From assembly GCA_017620335.1 (NCBI GenBank), contig JAFZQO010000043.1:13653-77652 (forward strand): a DNA stretch of 64,000 nt, written 5' to 3'. Numbering within the stretch: position 1 is the stretch's first letter; the number at the start of each line of letters is the position of its first letter. This document shows, piece after piece, positions 1-10,368 of the stretch. The notes beneath the pieces were generated by a model that worked only from the letters and a program-made list of their open reading frames with translations, was not told where the DNA came from and searched no databases. Source of the DNA: Bacteroidales bacterium (GTDB lineage Bacteria > Bacteroidota > Bacteroidia > Bacteroidales > UBA932). The position numbers and the translations under genes were made by a program.

Positions 1-1230
1 ATCGTGACCTATGACCCTGAAGCCGAGACCATCACCATCGATGAGACCGGATGGGGCCTCGTGGGCACCATCAACGGCTGGGGCAACACCCCGGATATCA
101 TCCTCAAGGAGGACGGCCTGTTCCTCGTGGCCAAGAATGTCGCCCTGACTGAAAACGACGAGATCAAACTCCGTTACAAGAGCGACTGGGGTGTGAACCG
201 CGGTGGACGTACGGCGGTCGGCCAGGCCGTCAAGGCCGTACAGGACGGACCGAACATCAAGCCCGGCGTGGCCGGTAACTACGATGTGTACTACCGTCCG
301 GACAGCGAGGTCCTCTTCGTCCTCGAGGCCGGTTCCGAACTCACCTACTGGGGCGTCGTCGGTACGATCAACGGCTGGGGAGCACCTGACCGCATCATGT
401 ATCAGGACGAATCCGGCAAGTATTTCTATGATGACCTTGAGATCACCGCAACCGATGAGATCAAGATCCGCCAGAATGAGGATTGGGGCGTAAACCGCGG
501 CGGTACCTTTGCCGCTTTCGGCGAGCCGTTCGCTGTTGAGAACAACGGAGCCAACATCAAGCTCGGACGTGACGCCAAGTTCTCCGTAGTCTACGATCCC
601 GAGGCTGAGACCATCACCCTCAACGGCGACTATACCGGTGAGGCCCCGAGCCTGCCCGAGACGATGTACATCATCGGCGACGGCGTCGGTGGATGGGACT
701 GGGCCGGTGACTACATCGTCGACATGGTCCCCGTCAACGGCAAGCCCGGCCAGTTCTGGGCCATCCGCTACATCGAGGCCGGCAAGGGCTTCAAGTTCTG
801 CGCCGTCAAGGAGTGGAGCGGTGACTTCACCGGACAGGGCGAAGATACCGGCTACACCGTGGACAGCGGCAACTGCTTCGTGGCCGAGAACGGCGTGTAC
901 ATGATCTACGTGGACACCGACAACAAGAAGGTCTGTGTCGAGCCTGCGAAGGTGTTCGGTAAGGGCGATTGCTTCGGTGGATGGGATGCCGACCCCGTGG
1001 CCTTCTCCGTTGAGGAAGGCAAGGTGGTCGGTACCACTACCGGCGAGGGCGAGATCCGCATGTATGTCGACAGCAGCATCGCCACTTCCGACTGGTGGAC
1101 CCGCGAGTTCGTGTTCTTCGACGGCAAGATCGCCTACCGTGGCAACGGTGGTGACCAGGAGCGCGTCAAAGTCGAGGCCGGCAAGAAGGTCATTCTCGAC
1201 TTCAACGCCGGCACCGCCGTCGTCGAGTAA
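1..1230 (+). CDS. SusE/SusF-like outer-membrane starch-binding protein, C-terminal part (5' end lies outside the window)
   Basis: Frame is open from nt 1 to TAA at 1228-1230. The protein is built of repeated ~100-aa modules (TINGWG ... DEIK(L/I)R ... DWGVNRGG, each preceded by a YDPEAETIT linker), like the tandem starch-binding domains of SusE/SusF. It lies directly upstream of SusG/SusA/SusB-like genes. Confidence 0.7.
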   Translation: MVTYDPEAETITIDETGWGLVGTINGWGNTPDIILKEDGLFLVAKNVALTENDEIKLRYKSDWGVNRGGRTAVGQAVKAVQDGPNIKPGVAGNYDVYYRPDSEVLFVLEAGSELTYWGVVGTINGWGAPDRIMYQDESGKYFYDDLEITATDEIKIRQNEDWGVNRGGTFAAFGEPFAVENNGANIKLGRDAKFSVVYDPEAETITLNGDYTGEAPSLPETMYIIGDGVGGWDWAGDYIVDMVPVNGKPGQFWAIRYIEAGKGFKFCAVKEWSGDFTGQGEDTGYTVDSGNCFVAENGVYMIYVDTDNKKVCVEPAKVFGKGDCFGGWDADPVAFSVEEGKVVGTTTGEGEIRMYVDSSIATSDWWTREFVFFDGKIAYRGNGGDQERVKVEAGKKVILDFNAGTAVVE

Positions 1231-1245
1231 TTTGTGATTATCCAA

Positions 1246-1275
1246 GGGAAAGCCGACAAGCGTGCCGGCTTTCCC
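1246..1275 (+). terminator. GC-rich hairpin between SusE/F-like and SusG-like genes (terminator or attenuator)
   Basis: GGGAAAGCCG-N10-CGGCTTTCCC perfect 10-bp stem followed by TTATTTAT. Confidence 0.5.
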
Positions 1276-1294
1276 TTATTTATCCTTATCCTTT

Positions 1295-3526
1295 ATGAAA
1301 AAGTTCAGATATATCCTTCTTGCGGCCCTGATGTGCGCCGCGGTCTCCTGCGACAAGCCGGTCAAGCCCGAAGCGGCGACGCTCACCGTGTCTCCGACCA
1401 CCCTCGAATTCAAGGCCGACGACGCCTCCAACAAACTGGTGCTGGTGACCACGACCGAGTCGTGGACCGCATCGGCATCCGCCAGCTGGATACATCTGGA
1501 CAAGACTTCTGGCAGTTCCAGCGGTTCCGTCACCGTGTCGGTTGAAGCCAACACCGATACGGACGACCGCCGGGGCACCATCTCCTTCAACGGGGCGCAG
1601 AAGGCCGACGTCACGGTGACGCAGGCCGGGTCCGACATCCGGACCCTGGTTGCGCAGCCCGCCGCCTTCGACGGCAACAAGCGCTCGTCGACCACCTACC
1701 AGCTGTTGATCTACTCCTTCGCCGACAGCAACGGCGACGGTGTCGGCGATTTCAAGGGCATCATCTCCAAGCTGGACTACCTGGACGCCATCGGGGCCAC
1801 GGCTCTGTGGCTCTCGCCGGCGCATCCCACTTCGTCCTATCACGCTTATGACGTTGACGATTACTCGACGGTCAACCCCCTGTACGGAACTGAGGCTGAC
1901 TTCAAGGCCCTCGTCGACGCCGCGCACGCCAAGGGCATCAAGATCTACATGGATTATGTCCTGAACCATTCCGGCTCCAACAACGCCTGGTTCAAGGCCG
2001 CCCTGGAGGACCCCGCCAGTCCTTACAGGGACTATTATGTGTTCTCCGACAATCCCGATACTGACGTCCCGGCGGGCAGGATCGACAATTACGGAGGGGC
2101 GAAGAATCCCGGAATGGGCGAATGGCACGCCGTGTCGTACGGAAAAAGCGGCTACAAGGGCCGCCTGCATTTCAAGCTTGACTGGTCCGGGAGCACGAAA
2201 ACCGTCACCGTCTCCAAGTCCGGCGACACCCCGGAGACCTCCAACAAGAACGCTAAGATCTGGCTCTGGATAGGCAGCGTGGGAGCCGTGGGCCTCTACG
2301 AGACGGACAAGGATATCTACGAGATCACGATCGACGTCGATACTGACTGGGGCTTCCTGGTACGTACTTCGGACACCACCTGGGACAACGGTACCAAGTG
2401 GGGAGGGGACGGCAGCGCCATCGCCTTCGGAGAGCCTTACGCCCTGAACAACACGTCTGCTGCGGACATCATATTCGGAGGAAAAACTTCGTACTATTTC
2501 GCCAGCTTCGCCGCGAGCATGCCGGACCTGAATTACGGTAAGTACGACAAGGCTTCGGAGTCGCCTGCCTTCAAGGCCATCGCCGCCACGGCGGACCGCT
2601 GGATCACCGATTTCGGAGTGGACGGATTCCGCCTGGACGCGGTTCTGTGGATATACCAGGCGCAGATAACGCCCAACCAGACTTTCCTGAAGCAATGGTA
2701 TGACCACTGCAACACCACCTTCCATGCAGCGGGGCATACCGACGACATTTTCATGGTCGGAGAGGCCTGGGAGGCCCATTCCACGGAGAAGAATTATTAC
2801 AAGGGCATCAACTCCTGCTTCGAGTTCGAGTACTTCGGCACTCTGACGAGGGCAATCGGAGGCAACGCCTCGAACTATGTGTCCGATGTCAACAAGTACA
2901 TCTCCGAGCATACGGCCATGCGTCCCGACGCCATCACCTCCATCTTCATGACCAACCATGACCAGCCCCGCGCCGCGGAGTCCCTGGGTAAGAACCTCGA
3001 GAAGGAAAAGCAGGCGGCGGCGATGATGCTGACCACCCCGGGCAAACCCTTCATCTACCAGGGCGAGGAGCTGGGATACTATGGTACGAACAGCGGCGGC
3101 GACGAGTACATCCGTACCCCGATGATGTGGGACAAGGCCGGGAAGGACTGCGCGAAGAAGGGCGTTAACAACAAGGTGGACAATGCCATGCTCAAGGCTG
3201 AAATATCCGTGGAGGCCCAGGCGGCCGACAAGGAGTCGCTGCTGTCCGTCTACCGCGATTTCTCGCGCCTGCGCAACACCTATCCCGCCCTCGCGGACGG
3301 CACCATGACGGCGTCCCCGCTGAACAGCGGCTCCGTAGCGTCGTGGTACATGACATCCACTTCCGGGCAGAAGATGCTGGTCATCCACAACTGCGCTTCG
3401 ACGGAGAAGCAGGTCGCAGTGAGCGACGACATCTCCAAGCCCGTGGCGGTCCTCGGAACCATCAAGGCCGACCGCAGCACCCTGATCATGCCCGCCCATT
3501 CCTCGATAGTATTTGACTTGAATTAA
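1295..3526 (+). CDS. SusG-like GH13 alpha-amylase lipoprotein with N-terminal BACON-like domain and a carbohydrate-binding insertion in the catalytic domain
   Basis: ATG at 1295 gives MKKFRYILLAALMCAAVSC (lipobox). A BACON-like segment follows (TLTVSPTTLEF...SWTASASASWIHL...VTVTQAG). GH13 motifs are present (GVGDFKGI, GATALWLSP, YMDYVLNHS, GFRLDAV, MVGEAW, FMTNHDQPR). A ~120-aa insert (HFKLDWSG...GTKWGGDG) sits where SusG carries CBM58. Confidence 0.85.
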   Translation: MKKFRYILLAALMCAAVSCDKPVKPEAATLTVSPTTLEFKADDASNKLVLVTTTESWTASASASWIHLDKTSGSSSGSVTVSVEANTDTDDRRGTISFNGAQKADVTVTQAGSDIRTLVAQPAAFDGNKRSSTTYQLLIYSFADSNGDGVGDFKGIISKLDYLDAIGATALWLSPAHPTSSYHAYDVDDYSTVNPLYGTEADFKALVDAAHAKGIKIYMDYVLNHSGSNNAWFKAALEDPASPYRDYYVFSDNPDTDVPAGRIDNYGGAKNPGMGEWHAVSYGKSGYKGRLHFKLDWSGSTKTVTVSKSGDTPETSNKNAKIWLWIGSVGAVGLYETDKDIYEITIDVDTDWGFLVRTSDTTWDNGTKWGGDGSAIAFGEPYALNNTSAADIIFGGKTSYYFASFAASMPDLNYGKYDKASESPAFKAIAATADRWITDFGVDGFRLDAVLWIYQAQITPNQTFLKQWYDHCNTTFHAAGHTDDIFMVGEAWEAHSTEKNYYKGINSCFEFEYFGTLTRAIGGNASNYVSDVNKYISEHTAMRPDAITSIFMTNHDQPRAAESLGKNLEKEKQAAAMMLTTPGKPFIYQGEELGYYGTNSGGDEYIRTPMMWDKAGKDCAKKGVNNKVDNAMLKAEISVEAQAADKESLLSVYRDFSRLRNTYPALADGTMTASPLNSGSVASWYMTSTSGQKMLVIHNCASTEKQVAVSDDISKPVAVLGTIKADRSTLIMPAHSSIVFDLN

Positions 3527-3529
3527 GCC

Positions 3530-4768
3530 ATGAAGACCAGACTTTTCACGTGGCTGGCGGTTCCGGCCCTGCTCCTCTGCATGTACTCATGCGGAGAGAC
3601 GGTTGAAATAGACCAGGACACGCCTCCCCCGGTCAGCGACAAGACCCCAGGGAAGGATTTCTTCTACAAGGGGACGACGATGAGCTTCGCCTCATTCCTG
3701 CAGGACTTCGGGCTGAAATACCGCGAGAACGGGCAGGTGACGGATCCCTACAAGTCCGTGGCAAACCACGGGGGCAACTGCGTGCGGCTCCAGCTCGACT
3801 GCCTGCCCTTCGACGAATACAAGGGAGTCAAGATCGACTGGCAGGCTACCCGCCGTGTCATCGCCGACGCGAAGAAGGCCAGGGCCCAGGGCCTGCAGAT
3901 CATCCTGACGCTCAAGCCCGACTATGACAAGTTCACGTCCGTCCCGGTGGACCACAACAACGTCCCTCCGACCTGGGCTTCCCTGAACGAAACCCAGCTG
4001 GGAAAGACACTTCACGACTGGGTGTACGGAGAACTGGTCGCACTGGCCAGGGAGGGCGTCTATCCCGCCATCGTGGCGGTCGGGAACGAGGTGAACCTCG
4101 GCTTCCTGAAGAACCGCAACGTGGTGGACAACAGCCGTACGGGGCGTCTGCTCGCGTACGGATTCCAGGCGGTGAGGGATTATGCGGAAGAGTACAACCC
4201 CGCCTGCCTGGCGGCCCTGCACATAGCCGACCCGTCCCGGGCCGAATATGCCGTGGAGGCCATCGAGGCGGCCGGGGGCGGCGACTACGACGTCCTGGCG
4301 CTCTCTTACTACCCCGGCAAGAATATCGGCCATTCCCTTCCCGGGGGAAATTTCAAAACATTCTCGAAGAAGTTCTCCAAGCCCATTATGGTGCTGGAGA
4401 CAGCCCATACCTTCACCACCGGCACGGTCAACGGCAAGTGGATGGGGGACTACTGCGACAATTCGTACAACTATCCCGACTGGGACACGTACAATAACGA
4501 AGTCAACTACACTCCAGCAATGGCCCGCGCATGGCTGCGCGCGCTTGCGCAGGACGTGAAGGACGGCGGCGGCCTGGGCCTCGTCACATGGGGTACCGAG
4601 TCCCTGCCGGACGAGCTTGAGGGTAAGGAGACCGGGCACGGCAGGGGAGTTTACACCTATCCCGCCGACTGGGCATACGGAAGTACCTGGGAGAACAATT
4701 CCTACTGGGATTTCACGAACCAGAACAACCTCCACGAGGGGATAGACTGGATGAAGGACATACAATAA
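3530..4768 (+). CDS. GH53-like (clan GH-A) endo-beta-1,4-galactanase-like lipoprotein
   Basis: Signal peptide/lipobox (LLCMYSCG). GH53-like order of motifs: GTTMSF...GLKYRENG...GGNCVRLQL, AKKARAQGLQIILT, VAVGNEVN (acid/base Glu), PIMVLETAH (nucleophile Glu). Divergent from canonical GH53 (no HYSD motif). Confidence 0.6.
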   Translation: MKTRLFTWLAVPALLLCMYSCGETVEIDQDTPPPVSDKTPGKDFFYKGTTMSFASFLQDFGLKYRENGQVTDPYKSVANHGGNCVRLQLDCLPFDEYKGVKIDWQATRRVIADAKKARAQGLQIILTLKPDYDKFTSVPVDHNNVPPTWASLNETQLGKTLHDWVYGELVALAREGVYPAIVAVGNEVNLGFLKNRNVVDNSRTGRLLAYGFQAVRDYAEEYNPACLAALHIADPSRAEYAVEAIEAAGGGDYDVLALSYYPGKNIGHSLPGGNFKTFSKKFSKPIMVLETAHTFTTGTVNGKWMGDYCDNSYNYPDWDTYNNEVNYTPAMARAWLRALAQDVKDGGGLGLVTWGTESLPDELEGKETGHGRGVYTYPADWAYGSTWENNSYWDFTNQNNLHEGIDWMKDIQ

Positions 4769-4777
4769 AGCTATCGC

Positions 4778-6004
4778 ATGAAACGCATTTTCTGTTTTCT
4801 GTTTTTGGCAGTGCTGGCGCTGGGTTGCGCCAGGAAGCCGGCCCCGGAGCGGGACTGGGCCGATACCGCAGTCGTATATGAACTGAACGTCCGCCAGTTC
4901 ACGCCCGAGGGCACTTTCGCCGCGGCGCAGCGTCAACTGCCGCGGCTCAAGGCGCTGGGCGTGGACGTGATCTGGCTCATGCCGATATATCCCATCGGCG
5001 AGCTGGAGCGCAAGGGGAGCCTCGGCTCCTATTACGCCATCCGCGACTACTGCGACGTCAATCCCGAGTTCGGCACGCTCAACGATTTCTATGTCTTCCT
5101 CGCCGAGGCCCACGACCTGGGCTTCAAGGTCATCCTCGACTGGGTGGCCAACCATACCTCTCCGGACCACCCCTGGGTGACGGAGAAGCCCGCGGAATGG
5201 TACTACCGCGACTCGCTCGGCCATACCATCGTGGAGTATGACTGGACCGACATCGCCAAGCTCAACTACAGCACTCCAGAAGTGGGGGAGGCCATGCGCG
5301 ACTGCATGCGCTTCTGGGTGAAGCGCGGAGTGGACGGCTTCCGCTGCGACGTGGCCTACCAGGTGCCTCAGGAGTTCTGGGAGGCCACCATCCCCGTGCT
5401 GAGGGAGGAGGCCGGCAAGGAGATGTACTTCCTCGCCGAGGGCGAGGAGACATGGCTCCATGACGCCGGATTCGACGCCACGTACGCCTGGAAGCTGCAT
5501 CACCTGCTGAACGACATCGCGCAGGGAGCCGCCGACGGCGACTCGCTGGCGCGCTACATTGCCTGGAACGCGGAGACCTATCCCGCCGACGCCAAGCGCC
5601 TGTCCTTCACCTCCAACCATGACGAGAACTCATGGTCGGGGACCGAGTTCGAGCGCATGGGCGACGCGTGGAAGGCCATGACGGTGCTCTGCTGGACCCT
5701 TCCGGAGTCGCAGCCGCTGATCTATACCGGCCAGGAGATAGGCTGGGACCACCGCTTCGAGTTCTTCGAGAAGGATCCCGTCCCGGCGACGGCCTGGAAG
5801 ACGAATGAATACACTGATTTCTACGAGTACCTTACGGAGTTGAGGCACGGCCATCCGGCGCTCGACCCCGGCAGCTCCTTCAAGCTGCTCAAGGTCTCGC
5901 CGACCTCCGTCTCGTACCTTCGCCAGGCAGGCAGGGACAAAGTTAAGGTGACCGTGGACCTCGCCGAACCTTGGACCTACAGGATTGAAACAAAAAACCG
6001 ATGA
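4778..6004 (+). CDS. GH13 alpha-amylase family lipoprotein (short, ~400 aa type)
   Basis: Lipobox LALGC. GH13 regions: VVYELNVRQFT, LGVDVIWLMPIYP, ILDWVANHTSPDH, GFRCDVAY, FLAEGE, FTSNHDEN. Confidence 0.85.
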   Translation: MKRIFCFLFLAVLALGCARKPAPERDWADTAVVYELNVRQFTPEGTFAAAQRQLPRLKALGVDVIWLMPIYPIGELERKGSLGSYYAIRDYCDVNPEFGTLNDFYVFLAEAHDLGFKVILDWVANHTSPDHPWVTEKPAEWYYRDSLGHTIVEYDWTDIAKLNYSTPEVGEAMRDCMRFWVKRGVDGFRCDVAYQVPQEFWEATIPVLREEAGKEMYFLAEGEETWLHDAGFDATYAWKLHHLLNDIAQGAADGDSLARYIAWNAETYPADAKRLSFTSNHDENSWSGTEFERMGDAWKAMTVLCWTLPESQPLIYTGQEIGWDHRFEFFEKDPVPATAWKTNEYTDFYEYLTELRHGHPALDPGSSFKLLKVSPTSVSYLRQAGRDKVKVTVDLAEPWTYRIETKNR

Positions 6005-6005
6005 T

Positions 6006-7916
6006 ATGAAAAAGATACTCATGACAGCCATCAGCATCCTCGCACTCGCGTCCTGCGGACAGAATACGGAAATTCCGGAAATCGCCGAAGCCACGGCGGA
6101 CCAGGTGACACGCGTGGAGCCCCCGTGCTGGTGGGCGGGGATGAAAACCGAACTCCAGCTGCTCGTCCAGGGCCCTTCGATTTCCGATTATGACGTTCGC
6201 ATCTTCGGCGACGCCGAGGTGACCGGCGTGCACAAGGCGGAGAGCCCTAATTACCTGTTCGTCGACGTCAAGGTCGGCGGTCCCGGCAAATGCTGGATAG
6301 TGTTCGTCAAGGACGGTGAGTACGCGTTCAAGGTCCCGTACGAGATCGCGGAGCGCCGCGAGGGCTCGGCCGCGCGCAAGGGCTTCAGCTCCGCGGACAT
6401 GATCTACCTGATCATGCCCGACCGCTTCGCAAACGGCGACCCTTCCAACGACAATACTCCCGATACGGCCGACAAGGCTGACCGTGAGAAGCTTACGGGC
6501 CGCCACGGAGGCGACATCAAGGGCATCATGGACCATCTCGACTATATCGCCGAACTTGGAGCCACCGCCATCTGGAACACCCCGCTGCTGGAGGACAACG
6601 AGCCGAAGGAGTCCTACCACGGCTATGCCTGCAGCGACTATTACCGCATCGACCCGCGCTTCGGGGACAATGAGATGTACTGCGAGCTCGTGAGGCAGGC
6701 GCATTCCAAGGGCATCAAGATGATCATGGACATCGTGACGAACCATTGCGGCAGCGCGCACTGGTGGATGAAGGACCTGCCTTTCCAGGACTGGGTCCAT
6801 CAGTGGCCGGAATACACGCACTCCAACTGCAACTTCGCGATGCAGAATGACAGCCATTCGTCGAAGATCGACCGGGTGAACATGCAGGAGGGCTGGTTCG
6901 ACACCTCCATGCCTGACATGAACCTCGACAACCCCTACCTGCTGCAGTATTTCAAGCAGTGGGCCGTGTGGTGGATCGAGTACGCCGACCTCGACGGCCT
7001 GCGCGTCGACACCTATCCTTACAACGAGAAGGTGCCGATGTCGCAGTGGTGCGCGGCCGTGCGCAAGGAGTATCCTGACATTAACATCGTGGGCGAGGTG
7101 TGGACCAACAACATCGCCCAGCTGGCCTACTGGCAGGACGGGGCGCTGAACCGCGACGGCTTCAACTCCAACCTCCCCGCCATCATGGATTTCCCCCTGC
7201 ACAGCGCTTTCTGCCAGGGACTCAACACCGATTATGAGAACTGGGACGAGGGCATCACCAAGGTATTCGACGCCATCGCGAACGACGCCTATTACGCCGA
7301 TCCCAAGAACATCCTGGTGTTCTGCTCGAACCACGACACCGACCGCATCGGCGACGTTCTGAGGCGCGATCCGGACCGCATGAAGATGGTCCTGGCGCTG
7401 ACCGCGACGCTGCGCGGCATACCGCAGATCTTCTCCGGCGACGAGCAGATGTTCACCCCGAGCAGCTACGCCCATCATGACGGCGGCCTGCGCGTGGACT
7501 TCCCGGGCGGCTGGAAGGGCGACAGGTTCGACCTGTTCACGTCCGAGGGGCGCGAGGCGTGCGACGTCGATTTCGACGGCTCGCCGCTGCGCGAGGGCGT
7601 GCGCGCCGAAGTCTTCGACTACGCGCGCAAGCTCTTCAACTGGCGCAAGGGCGCCACGGCCGTCCACGACGGCGAGACGCTGCATTTCCTCCGCAGGGAC
7701 AACACCTATTCGTATTTCCGCTACACGGACGACAAGGTGGTGTTCGTGTTCGCCAACAACTGCCCGTTCCACGTGGCGGTTCCCTGGGCCTCATACGCCG
7801 AGTTCACCGAGGGCCGCGGCCTCACCGCCGGTACGGACGTGATCACCGGAGAGAAGGTAGATTTCAGTTCCGAAGTGCTGGTGGGTCCCCGCCAGGTTTT
7901 GATCGTACAATTCTAA
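6006..7916 (+). CDS. SusA-like GH13 neopullulanase/cyclomaltodextrinase lipoprotein
   Basis: ATG at 6006 (MKKILMTAISILALASCG), 1 nt after the upstream stop. N-terminal cyclomaltodextrinase-type domain (EPPCWWAGM), then IYLIMPDRFANGD, GGDIKGI, IMDIVTNHCG, GLRVDTYPY, IVGEVW, FCSNHDTDR. Confidence 0.85.
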   Translation: MKKILMTAISILALASCGQNTEIPEIAEATADQVTRVEPPCWWAGMKTELQLLVQGPSISDYDVRIFGDAEVTGVHKAESPNYLFVDVKVGGPGKCWIVFVKDGEYAFKVPYEIAERREGSAARKGFSSADMIYLIMPDRFANGDPSNDNTPDTADKADREKLTGRHGGDIKGIMDHLDYIAELGATAIWNTPLLEDNEPKESYHGYACSDYYRIDPRFGDNEMYCELVRQAHSKGIKMIMDIVTNHCGSAHWWMKDLPFQDWVHQWPEYTHSNCNFAMQNDSHSSKIDRVNMQEGWFDTSMPDMNLDNPYLLQYFKQWAVWWIEYADLDGLRVDTYPYNEKVPMSQWCAAVRKEYPDINIVGEVWTNNIAQLAYWQDGALNRDGFNSNLPAIMDFPLHSAFCQGLNTDYENWDEGITKVFDAIANDAYYADPKNILVFCSNHDTDRIGDVLRRDPDRMKMVLALTATLRGIPQIFSGDEQMFTPSSYAHHDGGLRVDFPGGWKGDRFDLFTSEGREACDVDFDGSPLREGVRAEVFDYARKLFNWRKGATAVHDGETLHFLRRDNTYSYFRYTDDKVVFVFANNCPFHVAVPWASYAEFTEGRGLTAGTDVITGEKVDFSSEVLVGPRQVLIVQF

Positions 7917-7926
7917 CTGACTCAAT

Positions 7927-10170
7927 ATGAAAAGGTTCATCGTACTAATAACCTTGACCGCCGCGATTCTGGCCGGCTGCACGACTTCGCAGCCGGCACG
8001 GGTCGCGCATACCCCGTCGTCCGACGTCCTCGTATTGCCTTCTCCCGACGAGACGCTTTACGCTAAGGTATATCTGGACCTGGACGGTACTCCCGTCTAT
8101 GAGCTGTTCCATGCGGACACGCCCGTGATGCTGCCCAGCGCCCTCGGCTTCGAGCTGCGCGGCACCGTGAAGTACACGGGCCTCGAGTACAATGGCAGCG
8201 AGGTCCTGAAGCCCGACACCGAGCCTCCGTACATGTTCAACAGCGGCTTCGAGATCGTCAACCATTCCTTCGATACTTTCGACGAGACTTGGGAGCCCGT
8301 CTGGGGCGAGGAGAGGAGCATACGCAACCATTACAACGAGCTGCTGCTCGAACTCCGCCACAAAGACGACGGCAAACTGATGATCATCCGCTTCAGGATG
8401 TTCGACGACGGTCTTGGATTCCGCTATGAATTCCCGTCCGACCAGCCGCTGGTGCATTTCGTCATCAAGGAGGAACTCACTGAGTTCAACTGCGCGCAGG
8501 ACAACCTCACGTGGTGGATTCCGGGCGACTTTGATTCCCAGGAGTACGAGTACGCGACCTCGAAACTCTCCGAGATCCCGTCGATATTCCCGTCGAGGAC
8601 CAATCCCTCCAACTCCAGCACGACGCTGTACAGCACGGGCGGAGTGCAGACCTCGCTGCAGATGAAGACCCCCGAGGGGCTTTACGTCAACATCCACGAG
8701 GCCGCGCTGGTGGACTATCCCTGCATGCATCTGCTGGCCACGGGACATTCGCTGCGCTCGTTCCTGACGCCCGACGCCGAAGGCTGGAAGGGGCGTCTGG
8801 AAACGCCCTGCGTCACTCCCTGGCGCACCATCCAGGTGGCCGAGACGGCAGAGAAGCAGCTCGAGAGCCGCATGATCCTTAACCTGAACGAACCCTGCGC
8901 TCTCGACGACGTCAGCTGGATCCACCCCGTGAAGTACATGGGCGTATGGTGGGAGATGATTGCCGGCGCCGGCAGCTGGGACTATACCCGGGCGGCTTCC
9001 GTCAAGCTTGACAGTTTCGACTACGCCGCCGCGAAGCCCCACGGCCGCCATTCGGCGAACAATGAGAATGTCCGCAAGTACATCGACTTCGCGGCGGCCA
9101 ACGGCTTCGACGCCCTTCTCATCGAGGGCTGGAACATAGGCTGGGAGGAATGGGCCAACTGCAACAAGGACTACGTCTTCGACTTCCTCACGCCCTATCC
9201 GGACTTCGACATCGACGCCCTGAACGCCTATGCGCACTCGAAGGGCATCAAGCTCGTGATGCATCACGAGACCTCGTCCAGCGTGCGCAACTACGAGCGC
9301 CACATGGAGGCGGCGTACAGCCTGATGAACAAGTACGGCTACGATGCCGTGAAGTCAGGCTATGTGGGTGACATCCAGCCGCTTGGCGAACGCCATTACG
9401 GCCAGTGGATGGTCAACCATTATCTCTACGCCGTGACCGAGGCCGCGAAGCACCACATCATGGTCAACGCCCATGAGGCGGTGCGTCCGACCGGCCTCTG
9501 CCGCACCTATCCGAACCTCATCGGCAACGAATCGGCCCGCGGTACGGAGTACCAGGCTTTCGGAGGCACCCAGCCTGAGCACGTGACCATTCTCCCGTTC
9601 ACCCGACTGAACGGAGGCCCGATGGATTTCACTCCGGGCATCTTCGAGCAGAACCTGAAGGAGTGGTGCGGCAATGATTCGCATGTCAATGCGACCATCG
9701 CCAACCAGCTCGGCCTGTATGTGACGATGTATTCGCCGCTGCAGATGGCCGCGGATACGCCCGACCACTATGCTCCCTTCATGGACGCGTTCCAGTTCAT
9801 CAAGGACGTGGCCGTCGACTGGGAGGAGACCAGGTATTTGGCTGCCGAGCCTGGCGACATACTGGTCATCGCGCGCAAGCCCAAGCAGGAGACGCTGAGC
9901 GGCTCCGCCAAGGCTTTCAGCGCAGGCCGCGACACGTGGTTCGTAGGCGGCGTGACGGACGAGGAGGCCCGCGATGCGGACTTCTCCCTCGATTTCCTGA
10001 CCCCGGGCAAGACCTATGAGGCCGTCATCTACGCAGACGCTCCGGACGCCCATTACGCGACAAATCCCCAGGCCTATCAGATTACGCGCCGCAACGTGAC
10101 GTCGGCCGACTCCCTGTCGGTGCACATGGCGCCGGGCGGCGGCTTCGCCGTTTCGCTCAGGGCGCTGTAG
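7927..10170 (+). CDS. SusB-like GH97 alpha-glucosidase lipoprotein
   Basis: 747 aa with lipobox LAGC. Length and motifs are typical of GH97 (GWNIGWEEW, VMHHETS, GVKSGYVGD, NAHEAVRPTG, RTYPNLIGNES, PMDFTPG). Confidence 0.85.
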   Translation: MKRFIVLITLTAAILAGCTTSQPARVAHTPSSDVLVLPSPDETLYAKVYLDLDGTPVYELFHADTPVMLPSALGFELRGTVKYTGLEYNGSEVLKPDTEPPYMFNSGFEIVNHSFDTFDETWEPVWGEERSIRNHYNELLLELRHKDDGKLMIIRFRMFDDGLGFRYEFPSDQPLVHFVIKEELTEFNCAQDNLTWWIPGDFDSQEYEYATSKLSEIPSIFPSRTNPSNSSTTLYSTGGVQTSLQMKTPEGLYVNIHEAALVDYPCMHLLATGHSLRSFLTPDAEGWKGRLETPCVTPWRTIQVAETAEKQLESRMILNLNEPCALDDVSWIHPVKYMGVWWEMIAGAGSWDYTRAASVKLDSFDYAAAKPHGRHSANNENVRKYIDFAAANGFDALLIEGWNIGWEEWANCNKDYVFDFLTPYPDFDIDALNAYAHSKGIKLVMHHETSSSVRNYERHMEAAYSLMNKYGYDAVKSGYVGDIQPLGERHYGQWMVNHYLYAVTEAAKHHIMVNAHEAVRPTGLCRTYPNLIGNESARGTEYQAFGGTQPEHVTILPFTRLNGGPMDFTPGIFEQNLKEWCGNDSHVNATIANQLGLYVTMYSPLQMAADTPDHYAPFMDAFQFIKDVAVDWEETRYLAAEPGDILVIARKPKQETLSGSAKAFSAGRDTWFVGGVTDEEARDADFSLDFLTPGKTYEAVIYADAPDAHYATNPQAYQITRRNVTSADSLSVHMAPGGGFAVSLRAL

Positions 10171-10200
10171 GTTCATTCGCCCCTTCCGGATGGATTAATC

Positions 10201-10233
10201 GGTCCGTCACATTCCCGTGGCGGGCCGTTTTTT
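10201..10233 (+). terminator. Rho-independent terminator of the alpha-glucan operon
   Basis: GGTCCGTCAC/GTGGCGGGCC 10-bp stem (2 G-U pairs), 6-nt loop, then GTTTTTT. It lies 31 nt after the GH97 stop. Confidence 0.7.
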
Positions 10234-10298
10234 GTCACAGCGACGCAAATTGTGCACTAAAATACGCAAATATCCTTCGCGCATTTGATACTAATGGC

Positions 10299-10306
10299 TA
10301 TTTTTG
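10299..10306 (+). promoter_or_regulatory. Bacteroidota-type -7 promoter box (TAnnTTTG)
   Basis: TATTTTTG in an AT-rich spacer, 62 nt upstream of the kinase ATG. Confidence 0.4.
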
Positions 10307-10368
10307 TAATGGCTTAATTCCTTTTGTGCCAGATAATTAAAATTTTTAATAACCAAGACTAAACCACT

